From positions 576,001 to 640,000 of the forward strand of contig OZ219918.1 in the NCBI GenBank assembly GCA_964291415.2: a stretch of 64,000 nt of DNA. The letters run 5' to 3'. The notes under the pieces were generated by a model. The model was not told the origin of the DNA. It worked only from the letters and a program-made list of their open reading frames with translations, and ran no database searches. Positions within the stretch are counted from its first letter, which is position 1. The number at the start of each line of letters is the position of its first letter. Source of the stretch: Alphaproteobacteria bacterium. Its GTDB lineage: Bacteria > Pseudomonadota > Alphaproteobacteria > SP197. The position numbers and the translations under genes were made by a program. Shown here in pieces: positions 58,320 to 64,000 of the stretch.

Positions 58320-58988
58320 TCAATCGACGCCAAGCGCGCGCCGCGCCCATGTCTCGAACCGTCTTAGACTGAATGCCGCCGGCAGGGAAATGGCAAGGAA
58401 GATGATGCCGACAAGGGTATAGGGTTCGAGAAAGCGGTAGGTCTCGGAACCGACGGCATTGGCGGTGTGAAGGAGTTCGGCAACTCCGATGACAGAAAGC
58501 ATGGGCGTATCCTTGAAGATGCCGACGAGGTAGTTCCCCATACCCGGGATTGCGGGGGGCAGCGCCTGGGGAATGATGATCCTGAAGTAGGTTCTCCGTG
58601 TCGACAGGTTGAGAGCCTTGCAGGCTTCCCATTGTCCCTTTGGAACGCCGTCGAGACCCGCCCTGTAGACTTCGGAAAGGTACGAGGCGTAGTGCAGGCC
58701 GATCGCGATCATGCCGGAGGTCCAGGGAGAGAGCGTCACGCCCACCTGGGGCCCGACGTAGAAGACGAAGAAGATCTGCAGGACCAGCGGCGTGGAGCGA
58801 ATGAACTCGACGCATTCGCGTACGGCAACCGTGAGAAGGGTGATGGACGTGCGCTGTCCCAGCGCGAAGACGAGACCGACCACAAGGGCGATGGCATAGC
58901 CGATTCCGGCGGCAAGCAGGGTGTTGGTGGTGGCCAGCAGGAGACGCGGCAGAATCTCGAAAGTGAAGTCCCATTTCCAGTCGAACAT
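58320..58988 (-). CDS. ehuD: Ectoine-type ABC permease
   Basis: W.WDFT.EILP, EFIRSTPL, GLHY..YLSEVYRAG, GNYLV..FKDTP, YRFLEP.T. Confidence 0.85.
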   Translation of the reverse strand: MFDWKWDFTFEILPRLLLATTNTLLAAGIGYAIALVVGLVFALGQRTSITLLTVAVRECVEFIRSTPLVLQIFFVFYVGPQVGVTLSPWTSGMIAIGLHYASYLSEVYRAGLDGVPKGQWEACKALNLSTRRTYFRIIIPQALPPAIPGMGNYLVGIFKDTPMLSVIGVAELLHTANAVGSETYRFLEPYTLVGIIFLAISLPAAFSLRRFETWARRALGVD

Positions 58989-58991
58989 GGC

Positions 58992-59669
58992 CTACCCCCC
59001 GGGAACCCGGCCCATCTTGCGCGCCATGAACCTCTCGAGGGCCAGCATCGAGGGTGATATCAGCAGCCGCGCCAGGAGGTAGTAGATGATAAGGGCCGTG
59101 CCGAAGGCTTCCGCGGACAGGAAGGTCGAGCCGTTGATCTGGCGCGCCTCGAACATGAGGTCGGTGACCGAGATGAGCGCCACCAGCGCCGTTCCCTTGA
59201 GAAGCTCGATGAAGAGGTTGCCCCAGGGTGGCAGCATGGCGAGCAGCGCCTGCGGCAGGATGATCCTCGTCATGCGCTTGAAGGGCGAGAGATTGAGCGC
59301 GATGGCGACCTCGTACTGCCCGCGCGGAACCGAAATGATGGCGCCGCGGACGACTTCGGCTCCGTATGCGCCGAGATTCATGCCCACGGCGATGAAACCG
59401 GCAGTGAATTTTTCCAGGGTGATGCCGAACAGGGGAAGCACGAAGAAGATCCAGAACAGCTGGATAAGGAGGGATGTTCCCCGGAAGATCTCGATATAGG
59501 TGATGGCAACGGAGCGGACGAGAACCAGCTTCGAGAGCCTCATCAGCGCCATCACCAGGGCGATGGTGACCGCCAGCAGGGCGGCGAGCACGGTCTGCTG
59601 GACGGTGACGATGGTTCCGTCGATGAAGCGAGGACCGTGCTCCGCCAGAAAGCCGAGGTAGTGCTCCAT
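58992..59669 (-). CDS. ehuC: Ectoine-type ABC permease
   Basis: YIEIFRGTS.LIQLFW.FFVLP, GAYGAEVVRGA, MLPPWGNL.IELLKGT. Confidence 0.85.
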   Translation of the reverse strand: MEHYLGFLAEHGPRFIDGTIVTVQQTVLAALLAVTIALVMALMRLSKLVLVRSVAITYIEIFRGTSLLIQLFWIFFVLPLFGITLEKFTAGFIAVGMNLGAYGAEVVRGAIISVPRGQYEVAIALNLSPFKRMTRIILPQALLAMLPPWGNLFIELLKGTALVALISVTDLMFEARQINGSTFLSAEAFGTALIIYYLLARLLISPSMLALERFMARKMGRVPGG

Positions 59670-59694
59670 CAGAAATGCCTGCCGGCTTCAGGAA

Positions 59695-59731
59695 TCAGGG
59701 CCTCCCCGCCGGGACAACGGGGAGGCCCTGA
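59695..59731 (-). terminator. Intercistronic stem-loop after ehuB (mRNA stabiliser or partial terminator)
   Basis: Perfect 14-bp stem TCAGGGCCTCCCCG / CGGGGAGGCCCTGA with a 9-nt loop; no U-tract. Confidence 0.7.
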
Positions 59732-59755
59732 ATCAGACACCTTGCAACCGAACCG

Positions 59756-60610
59756 TCAGCGGTTGGCGCAGGCGTACTCCGTCTTGGCATCGCCGGGCAA
59801 CTGGAAGGTTGTGTAGCCGTACTCGGCCACGGCGGCCATCATCGCGTCCGAACCGACCCAGGACGCCAGCGCATCGTTGAATGCGGCGACGAACTCGGCG
59901 TCCTCGTGGCGGAACGCTATGCCGACCCAGTTGAAGGTCCATATCGGAAGGAGGCCAGGATCGGTGATGTCGATCTCGCCGTCGCTCTCGGCGGCGAGGA
60001 CACGCGCCGTGAAGAACGTCACGCCGCCGGCGTCGGCACGGCCGGCGCGGACAGCGGCGAGGATCTCCGTGGGGCCGGGAACCTGCATGATGTTGGAATC
60101 CTCGATGCCCTCCTTCTTGGCAACTTCGACGATGTTGTAGCCCGCTCCGGTGACGAGGACCGCTCCCATATCGCGGATATCGTCGTAGGTCTGGATTCCC
60201 TTCGGGTTGCCAGCCGGTACGATGAAGGCGTCGCCGAACACACCGACCGGTTCGGAGAACGTGACGTTCTCGCAGCGGCTGGCGAGGATGTACATGCCGC
60301 CGGTGATGATATCGAAACGATTGGCGTTAAGCCCGGGAATCAGCCCTCCCCAGTCGGTCACCACCGGTTCGATATTGGTGATTCCCATCTCGTTCAGGAT
60401 GCCGGTTGCGATCGCGTTGACGAATCCCAGCGGCTCGTTGTCCTCGCCGGGATAGGCCCACGGGACCTCGTTGGCAAAACCGATGCGCACGGCGTCGCCG
60501 GCCATCGCCTTATCGAGCAGCGAATGCCCGTCCGCACGGACTTCTGTCGTCCAGGGCATCAGGACAAGGCTCGCGACGATCGCCGCCCACGACAGTTTCA
60601 TGAGTTTCAT
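59756..60610 (-). CDS. ehuB: Ectoine-type ABC substrate-binding protein
   Basis: Signal peptide, RIGFANEVPW, LIPGL.A.RFD, RC..V.FSEP, GNPKG, terminal Cys; GGAGGT 8 nt before ATG 60610. Confidence 0.85.
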   Translation of the reverse strand: MKLMKLSWAAIVASLVLMPWTTEVRADGHSLLDKAMAGDAVRIGFANEVPWAYPGEDNEPLGFVNAIATGILNEMGITNIEPVVTDWGGLIPGLNANRFDIITGGMYILASRCENVTFSEPVGVFGDAFIVPAGNPKGIQTYDDIRDMGAVLVTGAGYNIVEVAKKEGIEDSNIMQVPGPTEILAAVRAGRADAGGVTFFTARVLAAESDGEIDITDPGLLPIWTFNWVGIAFRHEDAEFVAAFNDALASWVGSDAMMAAVAEYGYTTFQLPGDAKTEYACANR

Positions 60611-60612
60611 GA

Positions 60613-60675
60613 TGTGAGACCTCCGGATAGTCGTATGAGACCTCCGGATAGTCGTGTGAGACCTCCGGATAGTCC
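60613..60675 (-). repeat. 3 x 21 bp tandem repeat, each unit containing a Shine-Dalgarno sequence
   Basis: + strand units TGTGAGACCTCCGGATAGTCG / TATGAGACCTCCGGATAGTCG / TGTGAGACCTCCGGATAGTCC; the coding strand carries GGAGGT three times. Confidence 0.95.
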
Positions 60676-60711
60676 CTTGTAGGTGCGCCATCGTAGCACC
60701 TATTCACGCCA

Positions 60712-61881
60712 TCACAAGGAAGCCGTCAGCCGCCGCCCCACCTTGTCAAGAAACTCGAGCCCTTCGGCCAGTTCGCCGAGTTCGATGTACTCGTCCGGCT
60801 TGTGGGCGCGCTCGATGCTGCCGGGTCCGAAGACGATGGTCGAGTAGGCCGCTTCGCTGAAGTATCCCGCGTCCGTGCCGAAGGAGACGACATCCTCGCG
60901 ATTGAGGCCCGTCAGGCCCCTGACGAAGTTGATCGCGTCGCCGGCGTGATGGTCGTCGAGCCCCGGAACGCGGGCCTCGATGGTGGTCACGATATCGGCT
61001 TCGGGGCAGCGAGCGCGCATTTCCGGAACGAGCTGCTGCTCGCAGTAACGGCGGATGTCGTCGACGACATCCATCCCGTCGTCTCCCGGAAGCATGCGGA
61101 TTTCCCAGTCGAACTCGCACCAACCGGACGTGATGTTGCGCGCCGTTCCGCCGTTGATCCTGCCGACGTTGAGCGTTGGAAACGGTGGATCGTAGGGTGA
61201 TCCCGCGACGGGACCGGCGGCGCACCTGCGGGCGTGCTCCTCGATGCGGTTGATGATTCGCATGGCGTAGGCGATTGCGCTGACGCCGTTGAAGGGATTG
61301 CACGAATGGGCCTCAAGGCCCGTGACGACGGTATTGAGTTCGATTGCCCCCTTGTGGCCCGAAACGATCGTCATGCCGGTCGGTTCGCCGACGATGACGA
61401 TGCCGGGGCGCATGTGCTGCTTCGCCATATCCCGCAGCAGCACGGGCATGCCGAATCCGCCGATCTCCTCGTCATAGGTGAAGGCGATGTGAATGGGCCG
61501 CCGGAGTTCCATCGTCTGCCAGGCCGGGACCGATGCCAGGACGCAGGCAAGGAAGCCCTTCATGTCGACGGTGCCGCGGCCATGAAGGCGATCGCCGATC
61601 CGGGTCATCCGGAAGGGATCGGTCTTCCACTGCTGACCATCGACAGGAACGACATCCATGTGACCGCACAGCACGACACCGCCGTCCCTGGCCGGACCTA
61701 CGGTGGCGAAGACGTTGGCCCGTTCTCCTGACGGATCGAAACTCAGCGAACAGGAAATTCCCCGGGTCTCCAGAATGTCCCTGACGATATCCACGACATC
61801 GTGATTGGGCCTTCCCGAAACGCTCGGGCACGCGACCAGGCGCGAGAGAATGTCGACGACTGTATCGAGGTTCGCTTTCAT
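60712..61881 (-). CDS. argE: M20 family acetylornithine deacetylase (ArgE-like)
   Basis: GHMDVVP, GRGTVDMKGF, YDEEIG, GEPT, GHKG, AHS, AHKPDEY. Confidence 0.88.
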   Translation of the reverse strand: MKANLDTVVDILSRLVACPSVSGRPNHDVVDIVRDILETRGISCSLSFDPSGERANVFATVGPARDGGVVLCGHMDVVPVDGQQWKTDPFRMTRIGDRLHGRGTVDMKGFLACVLASVPAWQTMELRRPIHIAFTYDEEIGGFGMPVLLRDMAKQHMRPGIVIVGEPTGMTIVSGHKGAIELNTVVTGLEAHSCNPFNGVSAIAYAMRIINRIEEHARRCAAGPVAGSPYDPPFPTLNVGRINGGTARNITSGWCEFDWEIRMLPGDDGMDVVDDIRRYCEQQLVPEMRARCPEADIVTTIEARVPGLDDHHAGDAINFVRGLTGLNREDVVSFGTDAGYFSEAAYSTIVFGPGSIERAHKPDEYIELGELAEGLEFLDKVGRRLTASL

Positions 61882-62004
61882 CTTGCCTCGCTTGGAAGGC
61901 ACGGACCGTACGCAGCGGGCGCAATCGTTGTAAAGTCCGTTGCCGCGGGAGGGCGCTTGCGGATAGCGTCCAGAAATCGGGCGCAGCACTGCGGGAACAG
62001 GTCG

Positions 62005-62784
62005 ATGGCGTGGAAACTGCTGTTTGTTTCGATGTTCGGCGAGCGTGAAGAGTTCGATCCCGTGAACTATCGCAGCATCTGTTCCTCGGGCCTCGAAAAG
62101 GACTGGATTGTGACCTGGCACGGCGAGGCCGCCGAACGGTCGGGCTTTTCGATGAGGGCCGTCGACATCTGCCGCGGGGATGCTCTTCCTGACGCCAGGC
62201 TTGTGGACTGCGCCATTCTTGGCGGAACGATGCATGTCATCGACGAGGATCGCGAATGGCTCGGCAGGCTGAAGGACTGGCTCGCCGCCTATCGCATGAC
62301 CGCGCGGCCCCTGCTCGCGGTCTGCGGCGGCCACCAGCTTCTCTCCACGCGCCTGGCTGACGGCAGGCTCGTCAACCGGCGCTCCGGCACCCTCGCGGGC
62401 ACCAGCGAGGTATGCCTGACGGAACGTGGCAGATCACATGAGCTGTTTGCGGGACTCGGGCCGACAGCACGATTTCACTTCGCCAACTACCTCGATGTCG
62501 AACCGTCGCCGGCGCAGCGCGCGAGCGTGCTCGCTGTCGACGGCGAGAGCGAAGGTCTCGCCATCGACCATGGTGGCCACTGGTACAGTACGCAGTTCCA
62601 TCCCGAGTCCCGCAAGGCGACCTGGGTGTGCACCTACGGCGCGTCGCACCCCGAACGGATCGCCGCCTACGACGACGGGCATGACGGCGCCGTGCTGATC
62701 GACAACTTCCTGAAGCTTGCCGCGTCGATCCTGCCCGCGGCAGAACGGACTGACGACTCGAGGCGCGCAGACCACGACGGATGA
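62005..62784 (+). CDS. Class I glutamine amidotransferase-like protein
   Basis: ILGG, nucleophile elbow AVCGGHQLL, QFHPE. Confidence 0.85.
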   Translation: MAWKLLFVSMFGEREEFDPVNYRSICSSGLEKDWIVTWHGEAAERSGFSMRAVDICRGDALPDARLVDCAILGGTMHVIDEDREWLGRLKDWLAAYRMTARPLLAVCGGHQLLSTRLADGRLVNRRSGTLAGTSEVCLTERGRSHELFAGLGPTARFHFANYLDVEPSPAQRASVLAVDGESEGLAIDHGGHWYSTQFHPESRKATWVCTYGASHPERIAAYDDGHDGAVLIDNFLKLAASILPAAERTDDSRRADHDG

Positions 62785-62869
62785 TCCGGCATCCGGCAGG
62801 CCGCAACCGGCGATCGTGCCAGCCACGGCCGAGGAAGCGCGAGGCCCTGCCGCTGCGGCCGTAGCCGGG

Positions 62870-63328
62870 CTACCTAGCGCGCCGCCGCGCCAGTGGCCGG
62901 TCCAGGATCTCCCTGATCACGAACGCCTCGCGCAGTGCATCCGGGGTGCCCAGCCGCGCACGTATCCGCTCCGAAAGCGCGTGGGCGGGGGAGGCGTGAG
63001 CGTGGGGCCGGGTCGTTCGTGGCGCGGTCGTGCCCCAGGGCGCGTGGTCGGCGGGCTCGGCGCCCGCACGTTGCGTCGTGCTCGCGGGCGCCGGACGTCC
63101 CGTTGCGCTGCGGCTCCAGGGACTCCGGCCCGACTCTGCCTTCCACGGCCGCGGTGGCGCGCGCCTGGTTTCCCCCTCCGACTCCCACACCGCATCCGGC
63201 TCCGGTTCCGCGTTGTTGCCGTAGGTGCCGTATCCGGGATGGGCCCCCGGATCGTCGCCGCGCTGCCTGGCGGCTTCTTCCTTCACGGCCTCGGCGACTT
63301 GCCGGAACCACGTTCTCAGACCCGCCAT
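62870..63328 (-). CDS. Hypothetical protein, YqfB-like partner of FloA
   Basis: GGGAG RBS; disordered middle; C-terminal LREAFVIREILDRPLA of the type I recall downstream of floA. Confidence 0.6.
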   Translation of the reverse strand: MAGLRTWFRQVAEAVKEEAARQRGDDPGAHPGYGTYGNNAEPEPDAVWESEGETRRAPPRPWKAESGRSPWSRSATGRPAPASTTQRAGAEPADHAPWGTTAPRTTRPHAHASPAHALSERIRARLGTPDALREAFVIREILDRPLARRRAR

Positions 63329-63388
63329 GCCTCAATCTCCCGGGCGTTTCACGCGCCCGAGCAGTCGGTGATCGAATGCCTCCATGCG

Positions 63389-64000
63389 TCATCCCTCCTG
63401 CGTGGGCGCTGCGTCATCGCCGGTGCCTGCGATGCTCGTTCGCATCCGGGTGTCCGAAATGACGTTCTGCATGCCGTAGTAGTCCATCACGCCGAGGTTG
63501 CCGGCCCGGAACGCGTCCGCCATCGCCTTGGGCACCTCGGCCTCGGCGAGAACCACCTTGGCGCGGTTCTCCTGCACCAGCGCGACCATTTCCTGCTCCC
63601 TCGCGACGGCGAGCGCGCGCTGGCGCTCGGCCTGGGCCTGGGCCACCTGCTTCTCGGCCTCCGCCTGGTCGATCTTCAGGCGTGCCCCGATGTTGTCGCC
63701 AACATCGATGTCCGCAATGTCGATCGAGAGGATCTCGAACGCGGTGCCGGAATCGAGACCGCGCTCCAGCACAACCTTGGAGATGCGGTCGGGATTCTCC
63801 AGCACCGCCATGTGGTTGTCCGACGAACCGATGGTGGTGACGATGCCTTCGCCGACCCGGGCCACGATGGTTTCCTCGGTTGCGCCGCCGACCAGTCGAT
63901 CAAGGTTGGTGCGCACCGTGACCCGAGCCTTGACCTTGAGCTGGATGCCGTCGCCGGCGATGCCGTCGATGGTGTTGCGCGCCATCTGCCCGGAGGGCAC
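63389..64000 (-). CDS. floA: Flotillin-like protein FloA (YqfA), 5' end outside the window
   Basis: [71 protein letters not shown]. Confidence 0.9.
   Translation of the reverse strand: MPSGQMARNTIDGIAGDGIQLKVKARVTVRTNLDRLVGGATEETIVARVGEGIVTTIGSSDNHMAVLENPDRISKVVLERGLDSGTAFEILSIDIADIDVGDNIGARLKIDQAEAEKQVAQAQAERQRALAVAREQEMVALVQENRAKVVLAEAEVPKAMADAFRAGNLGVMDYYGMQNVISDTRMRTSIAGTGDDAAPTQEG

Noticed and set aside
60613-60675. Possible mini-CRISPR array
   Set aside because: Units are directly adjacent with no spacers, and there are no cas genes; it is a tandem repeat.
1-64000. tRNA, rRNA or riboswitches
   Set aside because: No cloverleaf, rRNA-like or recognisable riboswitch sequence in the intergenic gaps by eye. 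A covariance-model scan would be needed to exclude small RNAs.

Overview
High-GC bacterial chromosome segment. Gene content and order point to an Alphaproteobacterium, Rhodospirillales-like (inference from rplU-rpmA-obgE-proBA-nadD-rsfS-gpmI-envC, mutT/grxC/nitrilase/DUF1178, cycM/kdsB-pheA and xseA/purD). I found no rRNA, tRNA, CRISPR array, integrase or transposase. The housekeeping backbone is interrupted by accessory blocks: (i) enolase-superfamily epimerase plus an FGE-domain protein; (ii) EamA exporter, a single-chain alpha+beta dimethylformamidase-like enzyme, a GMC/choline dehydrogenase and a VapBC module; (iii) metal-homeostasis genes (His-rich RcnA-like permease, DUF1007, CDF, CopA, and a CopZ with a metallothionein-like tail); (iv) a peptide/nickel ABC operon split by toxin-antitoxin modules; (v) a non-canonical Ehu/ectoine-type catabolic cluster (ArgE, EhuBCDA, two PhyH dioxygenases, two M24 hydrolases, divergent class-I amidotransferase) with a triplicated ribosome-binding site. 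The best candidates for an undescribed system are the Ehu-variant cluster, the cytochrome c-folD-decarboxylase-copA-copZ/MT run and the fused DMFase. Three genes carry frameshifts (assembly error or decay), and up to three appear to need non-canonical start codons. All family assignments were made by eye from motifs; no database search was run.
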